Source of the DNA: Armatimonadota bacterium
Lineage (GTDB): Bacteria > Armatimonadota > Zipacnadia > Zipacnadales > UBA5352
NCBI GenBank assembly: GCA_051745855.1
Contig: JBNJEK010000001.1
Coordinates: forward strand, 9,683 to 73,682
Length of the DNA stretch: 64,000 nucleotides
Direction: 5' to 3'
In this document: piece after piece, positions 27,494 to 37,110 of the stretch
How the letters are laid out: every line of letters begins with the position of its first letter
How positions within the stretch are numbered: the first letter of the stretch is position 1
Program-made: the position numbers and the translations under genes
Notes under the pieces: model-generated
The model's input: only the letters and a program-made list of their open reading frames with translations
The model's database searches: none
What the model was told of the DNA's origin: nothing

Positions 27494-28462
27494 ATGAAAG
27501 TAGGAGCGCTTTCCGCCGCGTGGAGTGACCAGTCGCTCGAGGACGTCTGCGCGTACTTCGCTGAGGCCGGACTCGACACCATCGAGATCGGCACCGGCAA
27601 CTACCCCGGCAACGCGCACGCAGATCCGTTCGAACTCAAGGGGAACAAGAAAAAGCGCGAGGACTTTCTCGCCACCGTCAAGGACCACGGCCTTGAGATC
27701 TCCGCGTTCTCATGCCACGGCAACCCCCTGCACCCCGATGATACGGTTGCCGAGGAGCACCACGAGGTCTGGCGCGCCACCTGCGACCTCGCGCAGCAGT
27801 GTGAGGTCACCTGCGTCAACGGCTTCTCCGGCCTTCCCGGCGGCGGCCCCAATGACGAGACGCCCAACTGGGTTGTCGCGCCGTGGCCCGAAGACCATCT
27901 CGAAGCGCTGGAGTACCAGTGGGACCTCGCCATCGACTACTGGAAGCGCGAGAACGATTACGCCGACAAGCGCGGCGTAAACTTCTGCTTCGAGATGCAC
28001 CCGAACTTCCTCGTGTACAATCCCGAGACCCTCATCAAGCTCCGCGAGGCCTGCGGCGACCGCATGTGCGCGAACTTCGATCCCTCGCACCTGTGGTGGC
28101 AGGGCATGGACCCGTCCTCATGCGTCCGCTGGCTGCAGGAGCACGGCGAGGTCATCCAGCACTTCCACGCCAAGGACGTCGCGGTCTACGACTGGAACGC
28201 GCGCGTCAACGGCGTGCTCGACACGAAGCACTACGGCGACGAGGTCAACCGCTCGTGGATCTTCCGCGCGCTCGGCTACGGCCATGACCAGCTTGAGTGG
28301 AATGAGCTCATCTCCACGTTGCGCATGTGCGGCTACGACGGGCCGCTGTCGATCGAGCACGAGGACTCGCTGATGACCGCCAACGAGGGCTTCATGAAAG
28401 CCATTGCATTCCTCCAGGAGGTCGCCATCCAGGAGGAGCCCGGCGAGATGACGTGGGCGTGA
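27494..28462 (+). CDS. Sugar phosphate isomerase/epimerase (xylose-isomerase-like TIM barrel)
   Basis: GGGAGGAG lies 7 nt upstream. TIM-barrel AP-endonuclease-2-like motifs are present (IEIGTG, FEMHP, HAKD, LSIEHED). Confidence 0.9.
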   Translation: MKVGALSAAWSDQSLEDVCAYFAEAGLDTIEIGTGNYPGNAHADPFELKGNKKKREDFLATVKDHGLEISAFSCHGNPLHPDDTVAEEHHEVWRATCDLAQQCEVTCVNGFSGLPGGGPNDETPNWVVAPWPEDHLEALEYQWDLAIDYWKRENDYADKRGVNFCFEMHPNFLVYNPETLIKLREACGDRMCANFDPSHLWWQGMDPSSCVRWLQEHGEVIQHFHAKDVAVYDWNARVNGVLDTKHYGDEVNRSWIFRALGYGHDQLEWNELISTLRMCGYDGPLSIEHEDSLMTANEGFMKAIAFLQEVAIQEEPGEMTWA

Positions 28463-28608
28463 ACGGCAGCTAACGTCGGCGCACGCCGGCGAACGGCAGC
28501 CAACGACAGCAAGCAGCGACGGCAACGGCAACGACAGCGGGCGGATGGCAGGACCTGCCATCCGCCCGCCCCGACAACCCGCTCAGATGGCCCGCTGGAG
28601 GTGGCGTC

Positions 28609-30492
28609 ATGCCGACACGAACCTCCGTTCTTGTGCTCCTGACCGCGCTGCTTGTCGCGTCCCCCCTCATCGCTCAGCCCGGGATGCTCCCTCCGCCCGC
28701 GCAGTCCGATGCACATGCTTCCAGCGTCGCGTTCAGCCCCGACGGTGCTCGCCTCTCCGCCGCCGCGGGGTACACCGTCCGGACCTGGCAGATTGCCTCC
28801 GGCGAGCCCGTCGAGGCGCTCAGCGGACTGGGCGAGGGCGTCATCTGCGTGGCATTCGGCCCCGACGGCAGCCGACTTGCCGCCGCCGGCACCGACGGGG
28901 CGGTGCGCCTCTACGACTCTGAGGGCGCCCTCATTGCCACGCTCGAAGGCCACACCGACTTCGTCCGCGACCTCGACTTCAGCCCCGCAGGCAGCATCCT
29001 CGCCTCAGCCTCCGACGACGGCTCGGTGCGGCTGTGGGACGTCGCCTCGGAAGAACTGCTCCGGGAGATCCCCGGGCATCCGGATTACGTGCGATCGGTC
29101 GCATTCGGCCCGCGCGGGCAACTCATTGCCAGCGGCTGCGACGACGGCATCGTCCGCCTCTGGGACGCCGACACCGGCGAGCTTCTGAGGGAGCTGACCG
29201 GCCACACCGACTACGTGCGCGGCGTTGACATCAGCCCCGAGGGTGACCTTGTTGCCTCGGGCAGCGACGACACCACCGTGCGGCTGTGGAACGCATCCAG
29301 CGGCGAGGAGGTCGCGATCCTGCGAGGACACTCCGACTGGGTGCGCGACGTAGCTTTCAGCCCCGACGGCGCGACTCTCGCCTCCGGCGCCGACGATGGG
29401 CTCGTGAATCTGTGGGACGTGGCCTCAGAGGAGATCGCAGGTGCGCTTGAGTCCGGGGCGTGGGTGATGTCCGTCGCCTTCAGTTCCGACGGTTCGCGCC
29501 TTGCAGCGGCCTCCTCAGACGGCATCGTGAGCCTCTGGGACCCGGCCGGGGAGACGCTGCTCGCGCGGGCGGGAGGCGCGACCCCGATGCTCATGCGCCT
29601 GGCCCTCAGCCCCGACGGGCTGACGCTTGCCGCGGGCGCGCAGACCGGGGAGGTCTGGTTGTGGGACCTGCACAGCGATGATGCCCCGGCGCGCACCATC
29701 GACCTCTCCGGCGTGGATTCTGTCGCCGCGCTTGCATTCAGCCGCGACGGAACGGTGCTGGCGGCGGGAGGTGACGGCGCGCAAGTCCCACTGATCGATC
29801 CGGCCTCGGGTGAGATCATCCGCCGCCTCGACGGTTCGCGGGGAATCGTCACGCTGCACTTCGACCGGCGCGGGCGCCTCCGGGCCGCCGGCGCGGATGG
29901 CTCCGTGCGGGCGTGGAATGTCGAGGAGGGTAGCGTCATCTACGAGGCGGGCGGCGCCGGTCATTCGGTGACGGTGGTGTCCGCGGCCTCGGGCAAGGTG
30001 CTCAAGGGCAGTCGGCGGCCCGCCGACTTCGGTGCGGCCATCTTCACCGCCGATGGCGAGCGCGTACTGGCCGGCTCAGGGCAGGATGGCGCGCTGTGCC
30101 TGGCGCTGTCGCCCGATGAGCGGCTGCTCGCGACCGGAAGCAGGATGGGTACGGTGCAGCTCGGTTCCGCCGAAAAGCTTGACGGCACGATCCTGTCGGG
30201 AGATGCGCACACCGACTACGTGCGCGCGGTCAGTTTCAGCCCCGACGGGCGCTTTGTCGCCTCCGCAAGTGATGACGGCACCGTGAAGCTGTGGTCGGTC
30301 ACACGTCGGAAGCTGGTGCGCACGTTCGAGGGGCACACGGACTGGGTGCGCGACGTGCGTTTCATCGACAACGACCGCCTCGTCTCGGGCGCCGACGATG
30401 GCACGGCGAGAATCTGGAGCGCACGGACGGGTGATCAAGTGCGGGTGCTGCATACCGTCGGTCCGGCCTCCGACAGACTTGCCGCACCGTGA
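28609..30492 (+). CDS. Secreted WD40-repeat beta-propeller protein
   Basis: It has a signal peptide and about 14 WD40 units (e.g. GHTDFVRDLDFSPAGSILASASDDGSVRLWD). GGAGGTGG lies upstream. Confidence 0.9.
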   Translation: MPTRTSVLVLLTALLVASPLIAQPGMLPPPAQSDAHASSVAFSPDGARLSAAAGYTVRTWQIASGEPVEALSGLGEGVICVAFGPDGSRLAAAGTDGAVRLYDSEGALIATLEGHTDFVRDLDFSPAGSILASASDDGSVRLWDVASEELLREIPGHPDYVRSVAFGPRGQLIASGCDDGIVRLWDADTGELLRELTGHTDYVRGVDISPEGDLVASGSDDTTVRLWNASSGEEVAILRGHSDWVRDVAFSPDGATLASGADDGLVNLWDVASEEIAGALESGAWVMSVAFSSDGSRLAAASSDGIVSLWDPAGETLLARAGGATPMLMRLALSPDGLTLAAGAQTGEVWLWDLHSDDAPARTIDLSGVDSVAALAFSRDGTVLAAGGDGAQVPLIDPASGEIIRRLDGSRGIVTLHFDRRGRLRAAGADGSVRAWNVEEGSVIYEAGGAGHSVTVVSAASGKVLKGSRRPADFGAAIFTADGERVLAGSGQDGALCLALSPDERLLATGSRMGTVQLGSAEKLDGTILSGDAHTDYVRAVSFSPDGRFVASASDDGTVKLWSVTRRKLVRTFEGHTDWVRDVRFIDNDRLVSGADDGTARIWSARTGDQVRVLHTVGPASDRLAAP

Positions 30493-30515
30493 CATGCTGC
30501 GGCCTTCGCGGGGTT

Positions 30516-30732
30516 GGACAGGAGAGGTTCGTATCAACGGTTAAGGATTCGGAGACCGCGGCAACGACTCTCCAGGCGAGGGCGCCTGGAGTCCGGAATC
30601 GCAAGACCGATCGGAGTCCGGGCGCCTCGCCCGGACGTCGTTTCCCGCCACCCGGAACCACCTGCGCGGCGTGACACGCCTTTCCTGACCCTATCCTTAA
30701 CCGTTGATACGAAGCCGGACAGGAGATGTTCG
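30516..30732. repeat. Inverted-repeat (MITE-like or structured) element
   Basis: The perfect 19-bp inverted repeat CGTATCAACGGTTAAGGAT (30530-30548) pairs with ATCCTTAACCGTTGATACG (30693-30711). The two repeats enclose 144 bp containing internal hairpins. The element is flanked by a 15/16-bp direct repeat, GGACAGGAGA(G/T)GTTCG, at 30516-30531 and 30717-30732. Confidence 0.6.
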
Positions 30733-30894
30733 CGCGGACCGCGAAGTTGCGAGTAGGCGAAGATGTGTGCTACAATCTGAACGAACGATGGCGGCAGGAC
30801 AGCCATCGGCCGCACTGCGCACTAATGACGGTTGACGGTCGGTGTCAGCCGCATCCTTCCGCCGATGAGCGGGACAGACGGGGAGCGACAAGTG

Positions 30895-31773
30895 ATGGCG
30901 CAACAGATTTACATGGATGGCGAACTGGTCGATCGCGATGAAGCGAAGGTGTCCGTCTACGACCACGGGCTGTTGTACGGCGATGGAGTATTCGAGGGGA
31001 TCCGCGTCTACAACGGGCGGGTTTTCCGGCTTGAGGAGCATATCAGGCGGCTCGAGCGCTCGGCCCGCGCCATCATGCTCGACATCCCGCTCTCCGTCGA
31101 GGAACTGATCGAAGCGCATGTGGAGACGTGCCGCGCGAATGACGTGCACGAGGGCTACATCCGCACGCTGGTGACGCGCGGTGTCGGCGACCTGGGCCTC
31201 GATCCTCGCAAGTGCCCGAAGCCGAGCATCATAATCATCGCGGCGAACATCCAGCTTTACAACCCGGAGCTTTACGAGACCGGCCTGTCGCTGATCACCT
31301 GTTCGACGCGGCGCAACACTGCGGCGAGCCTCGACCCGGGTATCAAGTCGCTCAACTATCTGAACAATATCCTGGCCAAGATAGAATGCAATCTTGCCGA
31401 TGTACAGGAAGGCATCATGCTCACGAGCAATGGCATGGTCTCCGAGTGCACCGGTGACAACATCTTCATCGTGAGCGACGGTGAGGTGGTGACCCCGCCG
31501 ATCTCCGCGGGGATTCTCAACGGCATCACGCGGGCCGCGGTGATGGAGTGCGCGGAGGAACTCGGCATCGCTGTCTCCGAGAAGCTCTTCCCGGTCACAG
31601 AGGTGTACACCGCAGAAGAGTGCTTTCTCACCGGCACTGCCGCCGAACTGGTTCCGGTCATCGAAGTAGATGGAAGAATCATCGGGAATGGGAAACCTGG
31701 AGCGACCACCAAACGTCTATTGGACCGGTTGCACGAACTTACGACCTCAGAAGGAACGCCGATATACGACTAA
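30895..31773 (+). CDS. ilvE: Branched-chain amino acid aminotransferase (class IV PLP)
   Basis: The IlvE N-terminus is present (MAQQIYMDGELV...YGDGVFEGIRVY) with the class IV aminotransferase fold. Confidence 0.9.
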   Translation: MAQQIYMDGELVDRDEAKVSVYDHGLLYGDGVFEGIRVYNGRVFRLEEHIRRLERSARAIMLDIPLSVEELIEAHVETCRANDVHEGYIRTLVTRGVGDLGLDPRKCPKPSIIIIAANIQLYNPELYETGLSLITCSTRRNTAASLDPGIKSLNYLNNILAKIECNLADVQEGIMLTSNGMVSECTGDNIFIVSDGEVVTPPISAGILNGITRAAVMECAEELGIAVSEKLFPVTEVYTAEECFLTGTAAELVPVIEVDGRIIGNGKPGATTKRLLDRLHELTTSEGTPIYD

Positions 31774-32124
31774 AGTGAACCGGATTCGGGAATGATCAAA
31801 TCGGGGACTGGCGATCCGATCCGTTAAACCGACGGTTCGGTCGCGCAGAAGCACCGGACAGATGCCCTCCGTCCCGCCCAGGACTCCGGTGAGAGATCAG
31901 TTGCGGTGGGACCTGACCATGTGAACCTTCGGGGAGATGACGCGGCGCAGGATATGCGGCCGCGCGTCGTGCGACCAGTTTTTTCAAGGCGCGCGCCCCG
32001 ACCTCCCTCTTTCGTGTGCCAATGGTAGACCGCCCGGCGGGCGGCGCGCGGGCTTCAAGTCAGAGCCAGACGCGGAGTCATTCTCTATTCCGGCGCACTC
32101 TCGTGATAAGGAGCTTAATGCAGC

Positions 32125-34572
32125 ATGGAATTGTGGCAAAGATTTACACATCGCGCTCGCAGAGCCATCCTCATTGCCCACGATGAGGCCTCGCAGATGC
32201 GGATGCACCTGATTGGGACGGAGCATCTGCTGCTGGGCCTTATTCGTCTGGGTGAGGGCATGGCTGCCGAGATCCTCCGGTCGATGAACGTGGATCTGCA
32301 CGAACTTCGGGCCGACCTGCGGCGCAACATCGACATGGGATCAGAAGACCAGCCTTCCAACGAAATCTCGTTCACGCCCGAGGCCCAGCGCGTATTGCAG
32401 CTTGCATACGGGCAGGCCAGAGAGCTGGACGATCATCATATCGGAACCGAACACATCCTCCTGGGTCTGGCGCGCGAGGGACGCGGCGCGGCATATCGCA
32501 CCCTGCGCCGGCACAACGTTGAGGCCGCTCGCGTGCGCACCGCGATCCTGAACCTCGCTCGTGCGGACGATGACGGTGACGAGGATGAGAGTGAAACGCC
32601 TACGCTCGATCATTTCAGCCGCGATCTCACCGAGTTGGCCCGCGAGGGGCAACTCGATCCGATCATCGGCCGGGGCGTCGAGCTTGAGCGGGTGGTGCAG
32701 ATCCTCTGCCGCCGCACCAAGAACAATCCGTGCCTGATCGGCGACGCGGGTGTGGGGAAGACCGCGATCGCTGAGGGCCTTGCCCAGCGGATCGCCGAGA
32801 GCGACATCCCCGGGCCGTTGCGCAATCGGCGCCTCGTGGCGCTGGACCTTGCGAGCCTCGTCGCTGGCACGAAATACCGCGGTGAGTTCGAGGAGCGGAT
32901 GAAGCGCGTGATGGAGGAGATTCGAGCCTCCGAGGGCCGAATCATGATCTTCATCGATGAGCTGCACACCATCGTCGGCACGGGCGCGGCGGAGGGCGCG
33001 ATGGACGCGTCCAACATTCTCAAGCCCGCGCTGGCCCGCGGTGAACTGCAGTGCATCGGCGCGACCACCCCAGATGAATACCGCAAGCACGTGGAGAAGA
33101 CGCCCTCACTTGAGCGGCGCTTCCAGGCCGTGCGCGTTGAGGAGCCGACGCCGGAAGAGGCGCTGGATATCCTCTACGGAATCAAGAACCGCTACGAGGA
33201 CTTCCACCATGTGGACCTCACCGAGGACGCGCTGACGGCGGCAGTTGATCTCTCCGCGCGCTACATCACCGAGCGCGCGCTGCCCGACAAGGCGATCGAC
33301 CTGATCGATGAGGCGGGTTCGCGCGTGAAGCTGCGGCGTTATCGCGAAGCGTGTGAGGCGGGTGCGTTCGATGCCGACAGCGAGGCCGGTGATTTTGACA
33401 CGGACTTTTGCGTCGGTGTCGAGAGCGACAGCCCGGAGATGTTCTACTTCCCGGAAAGCGACGAGGACGGACTGGACCTGCCCGACGAGACGGCGGAGCC
33501 GCGGCCTGAGGTGCTTCGGACCGACATCGCGGAGATCGTCTCCACCTGGACAGGCGTGCCCGTCACGCAGCTTTCGCAGGAAGAATCCGAGCGGCTGCTG
33601 GAGATGGAGGGTTCGCTGCGGCAGCGGGTGATCGGCCAGGACGAGTCGATCGCCACGGTCTCACGAGCGGTCCGACGAGCCCGCGCCGGTGTCAAGGACC
33701 CGCGCCGGCCGATCGGCTCATTCATGTTCCTCGGGCCAACCGGTGTCGGCAAGACGCTGCTTGCGCGTGTGCTGGCCGACTACCTCTTCGGCGATGAAGA
33801 TGCGATGATCCGCATTGACATGTCGGAGTACATGGAGCGTTTCGCGGTCTCGCGCCTGATTGGCGCGCCTCCCGGCTACGTGGGCTACGAGGAAGCCGGA
33901 CAGCTTTCCGAGGCGGTCCGCCGCCGCCCCTACTCGGTGGTGCTTTTCGACGAGATTGAGAAGGCGCACCCTGAGGTCTTCAGCATCCTGCTGCAGATCA
34001 TGGAGGACGGGCGTCTGACCGATGCCCAGGGGCGCGTCGTTGACTTCAAGAACACGGTCGTGATCATGACGAGCAATGTCGGCGCTCGGACGATCTCGGA
34101 GACGACCAAGATGGGGTTCTCGACTGCTCAGATCGAGAAGAATGTCGAGCAGGACAAGAAAGAATACGCGCGGATGAAGTCGAAGGTGACCGAGGAGCTG
34201 AAGAAGGCCTTCAGCCCCGAGTTCCTCAACCGTGTGGACGACGTCGTGGTCTTCCACTCGCTCACACAGGAGCAGATTCGCGACATCGTGCAGCTTGAAG
34301 TCGGCTACCTCAACGAGCGGCTGGCCGAGCAGGAGATCCACCTTTCGGTGAGCGAAGAGGTGGAGGAGTTGCTCGCGAAAAAGGGCTTCGACCCGGCGTT
34401 CGGCGCCCGGCCGCTACGGCGTCAGATCCGCTCGCTCATTGAGGATCCGCTGGCCGAGCAGATTCTTTCCTGCGAGGCCCACGAGGGCTGTGAGATACTC
34501 GCGGACCTCGATGAGGACGATGAGCTGACTTTCCGCTTCATCGAAACGGCCGTTACACCCCATCCGGCCTGA
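32125..34572 (+). CDS. clpC: ATP-dependent Clp protease ATP-binding subunit ClpC-like (double AAA+)
   Basis: Two Clp_N repeats are followed by two AAA+ modules (GDAGVGKTA; GPTGVGKT). The linker/M-domain is replaced by an acidic low-complexity insert. Confidence 0.9.
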   Translation: MELWQRFTHRARRAILIAHDEASQMRMHLIGTEHLLLGLIRLGEGMAAEILRSMNVDLHELRADLRRNIDMGSEDQPSNEISFTPEAQRVLQLAYGQARELDDHHIGTEHILLGLAREGRGAAYRTLRRHNVEAARVRTAILNLARADDDGDEDESETPTLDHFSRDLTELAREGQLDPIIGRGVELERVVQILCRRTKNNPCLIGDAGVGKTAIAEGLAQRIAESDIPGPLRNRRLVALDLASLVAGTKYRGEFEERMKRVMEEIRASEGRIMIFIDELHTIVGTGAAEGAMDASNILKPALARGELQCIGATTPDEYRKHVEKTPSLERRFQAVRVEEPTPEEALDILYGIKNRYEDFHHVDLTEDALTAAVDLSARYITERALPDKAIDLIDEAGSRVKLRRYREACEAGAFDADSEAGDFDTDFCVGVESDSPEMFYFPESDEDGLDLPDETAEPRPEVLRTDIAEIVSTWTGVPVTQLSQEESERLLEMEGSLRQRVIGQDESIATVSRAVRRARAGVKDPRRPIGSFMFLGPTGVGKTLLARVLADYLFGDEDAMIRIDMSEYMERFAVSRLIGAPPGYVGYEEAGQLSEAVRRRPYSVVLFDEIEKAHPEVFSILLQIMEDGRLTDAQGRVVDFKNTVVIMTSNVGARTISETTKMGFSTAQIEKNVEQDKKEYARMKSKVTEELKKAFSPEFLNRVDDVVVFHSLTQEQIRDIVQLEVGYLNERLAEQEIHLSVSEEVEELLAKKGFDPAFGARPLRRQIRSLIEDPLAEQILSCEAHEGCEILADLDEDDELTFRFIETAVTPHPA

Positions 34573-34594
34573 CGCCGGGGACGCAGGTAAACCG

Positions 34595-34631
34595 AGAATC
34601 GCCGCCGCCTGTCACGGTCGGCGGCGATTCT
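34595..34631 (+). terminator. Strong hairpin terminator after clpC
   Basis: It is a perfect 13-bp stem (AGAATCGCCGCCG / CGGCGGCGATTCT) with an 11-nt loop, 23 bp after the clpC stop. No U-tract follows. Confidence 0.55.
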
Positions 34632-34781
34632 GCGTTACATAATGGAGGACCGCCCCGTCGGGCGGCGAAATGCCTGACGTCAAATACTGCACATCTGCCG
34701 GAAAGTTTTACACATCCGGGCGCAAAATCACGCGCCCACCGCGAAGCCGTTTGAACACGCGGAATGCAGGGGAGTGAGTTC

Positions 34782-35876
34782 ATGCTCATACGCTGGTTGT
34801 GGTTCCTGTTCGTAGCAGCCGTCACTTTCGCATTCGTTCTCGTCGGCCACTGGGTCGGCAGCATGCTCGGAGACAACCTGATCGGTCCCGACGCCGGTCG
34901 CGACATGCTTCTTTTTCTGGTCGGCGTGAACGCGATCTTCGGTCTGGTCGGCTTCCTCGTCGGATTGTTCCTCTTTCGCAAGCTCATCGGCTGGCTGCAG
35001 CACCTCGAGGAGGTGCCGGTCCTTGACAAGATGGCGGCGCTTGTGGGGACGATCGTGGGTCTCGCCGTCGCCCTGCTTGCGACGATTCCGCTCAACTCAC
35101 TGGAATTCGGACTTGGCCTGCAGATATTCGCATCGATCATCGGCGCGATCCTCGGCGTCATCTTCGCAATGAGCGCCAAGGAGCAGCTTGTCTACGTGTT
35201 TCCGGGTCTGGCGCAACTTGGCAGGAACGTCCAGTCTGATCTGCCGCCGGGGACGAAGATGCTCGACACCAACATCATCATCGACGGTCGCATCTACGAC
35301 ATCTGCTCCACCGGCTTCATTGAGGGCCCGATCTGCATCCCGAACTTCATCCTGCAGGAGCTTCGCCACATCGCCGACTCGGCGGAGGGGCTCAAGCGGG
35401 AGCGAGGCCGCCGTGGCCTCGACGTGCTGAACCGCCTGAAGGCGCTGCCGGAGACAGATGTGATCATCTACCACGACCCCAGCCCTCCGCGCGAGCACAT
35501 GGAGGTGGACGCGCGCCTGGTCAATCTCGCCGCCCGCACCAACTCGGCGGTCGTCACGAACGACTACTCCGTCAACCGGATCGCCAGTCTCGAGGGCGTG
35601 AACGTGCTCAACGTCAATGAGCTTGCCGGCGCGATGCGCCCGACCTTCCTGCCCGGTGAGGACATCACCGTCACGATCATCAAGGAGGGCAAGGAGCCCG
35701 GACAGGGCGTCGGCTACCTTGATGATGGGACGATGGTGGTCGTGGAGCGCGCCGCGCGCATGGTCGGCGAGACGCTCACGGTGATGGTCACCAGTGTGCT
35801 GCAGACCAACGCGGGCAAGATGCTCTTCGCGGAGGTCAGTAGCAACGCGAACGAAAGCGACGGCGAGGACGACTGA
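34782..35876 (+). CDS. PIN/TRAM domain membrane protein (YacL-like)
   Basis: It has N-terminal TM helices, a PIN domain ([11 protein letters not shown]) and a C-terminal TRAM domain. GGGGAG lies 7 nt upstream. The clpC-yacL-ispDF synteny matches that of Firmicutes. Confidence 0.8.
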   Translation: MLIRWLWFLFVAAVTFAFVLVGHWVGSMLGDNLIGPDAGRDMLLFLVGVNAIFGLVGFLVGLFLFRKLIGWLQHLEEVPVLDKMAALVGTIVGLAVALLATIPLNSLEFGLGLQIFASIIGAILGVIFAMSAKEQLVYVFPGLAQLGRNVQSDLPPGTKMLDTNIIIDGRIYDICSTGFIEGPICIPNFILQELRHIADSAEGLKRERGRRGLDVLNRLKALPETDVIIYHDPSPPREHMEVDARLVNLAARTNSAVVTNDYSVNRIASLEGVNVLNVNELAGAMRPTFLPGEDITVTIIKEGKEPGQGVGYLDDGTMVVVERAARMVGETLTVMVTSVLQTNAGKMLFAEVSSNANESDGEDD

Positions 35877-35878
35877 CC

Positions 35879-37087
35879 GTGTCCGAGTCCGACACGACTG
35901 ACACCGGCGGCGTCAGAGCGGCTGCGGTCATCGTGGCGGCCGGGCGTGGCACGCGCTTCGGTGGACCGGTGCCGAAAGTTTTCGTGCCCCTGGCGGGCCG
36001 GCCGATGGTCGAGTGGTCGCTGATCGCCTACGACCGATGCGCGGCCGTCAGTGATATCGTCCTCGTGGTCGCCGCAGACTTCATGGACGAGGCTCGGAAG
36101 ATTGCCGGCGACCGCTATGCGAAGGTGCGCGCGGTCGTCCCCGGGGGGGAGGAGCGTCCCGACTCGGTGCGCGCGGGCCTCGAGGCCCTGCGCGAGGCGT
36201 GGCCGGAGATCGTCTGCGTGCATGACGGCGCGCGGCCGCTCATCGACGAGGAGAGCATAGTTCGCTCGATCGAGGTTGCGCGCGAACACGGTGGCGCAGT
36301 CACCGCGGTCCCCGCGACGGACACGATCAAGCGGTGCGCCGAGGACGGCCGCATCGAAGCAACCCCGCCCCGCTGCGACCTCTACCACGCGCAGACCCCA
36401 CAGACCTTCCGCTATGCGCTGCTGCTGGAGGCATACGAGCGCGCGCGTACGGAAGGGCGCGATGTCACCGACGATGCCTCGCTCGTGGAGCGCATGGGGC
36501 ATCCGGTCTATGTGAGCGAGGGCCATCGCGACAACTTCAAGATCACGACCGCCGAGGACCATGCGCGCGCTCAGTGGCTGCTTGGCAGGCGGGGAGAGGG
36601 CAGGCGAGAGCCGATGCGTGTCGGCAGCGGCTACGACGTGCACGCCCTCGTTGAGGGCAGAGAACTCATCCTCGGCGGTGTGCGCTTTGACGCCGCGGCC
36701 GGGCTTGCCGGTCATTCGGACGCGGACGTGCTCTTCCACGCGATTTGCGACGCACTGCTCGGCGCGGCAGCTCTCGGTGACATTGGCCGGCATTTCCCGG
36801 ACAGCGACCCATCGCTGAAGGGAGCCGACAGCGCGGAGCTTGCGCGGAAGGTAGCGCGGACAGTGGCCGATGCCGGCTGGCGGCCCGTCAATGTGGACGC
36901 GACGGTCATCTGCGAGCGCCCGAAGCTGGCGCCGCGGATCGACGAGATACGCGGCAATATCGCCGCCGCGCTCGGTCTCGACGTGGACGCGGTCTCGGTC
37001 AAGGCGACCACCACCGAGCGGCTTGGCTTCGAGGGCCGCGGCGAGGGCATCGCCGCGGAGGCCGTCGTGCTTGTCGCCCCGAAGTAA
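35879..37087 (+). CDS. ispDF: Bifunctional IspD/IspF (MEP cytidylyltransferase / MEcPP synthase)
   Basis: The N-terminal half is IspD ([12 protein letters not shown]) and the C-terminal half is IspF (GSGYDVHAL...HSDADV). Its GTG start sits immediately after the preceding stop. Confidence 0.9.
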   Translation: MSESDTTDTGGVRAAAVIVAAGRGTRFGGPVPKVFVPLAGRPMVEWSLIAYDRCAAVSDIVLVVAADFMDEARKIAGDRYAKVRAVVPGGEERPDSVRAGLEALREAWPEIVCVHDGARPLIDEESIVRSIEVAREHGGAVTAVPATDTIKRCAEDGRIEATPPRCDLYHAQTPQTFRYALLLEAYERARTEGRDVTDDASLVERMGHPVYVSEGHRDNFKITTAEDHARAQWLLGRRGEGRREPMRVGSGYDVHALVEGRELILGGVRFDAAAGLAGHSDADVLFHAICDALLGAAALGDIGRHFPDSDPSLKGADSAELARKVARTVADAGWRPVNVDATVICERPKLAPRIDEIRGNIAAALGLDVDAVSVKATTTERLGFEGRGEGIAAEAVVLVAPK

Positions 37088-37110
37088 CGGCGCACACCGA
37101 GGAGATTGCG

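Noticed and set aside
28333-30537. Multiple ORFs on both strands inside the WD40 gene
   Set aside because: The + frame carries 14 canonical WD repeats. The others are repeats-induced shadows.
30530-30895. T-box or other riboswitch leader upstream of ilvE
   Set aside because: I found no T-box consensus (AATTAGGGTGGNACCGCG) or specifier-loop architecture. The candidate GGGTGG-like strings are on the wrong strand. The 19-bp perfect inverted repeat fits a MITE or palindromic element better.
31985-32124. CtsR operator (GGTCAAA direct repeat) upstream of clpC
   Set aside because: No GGTCAAA-type heptad repeat is present in the leader.
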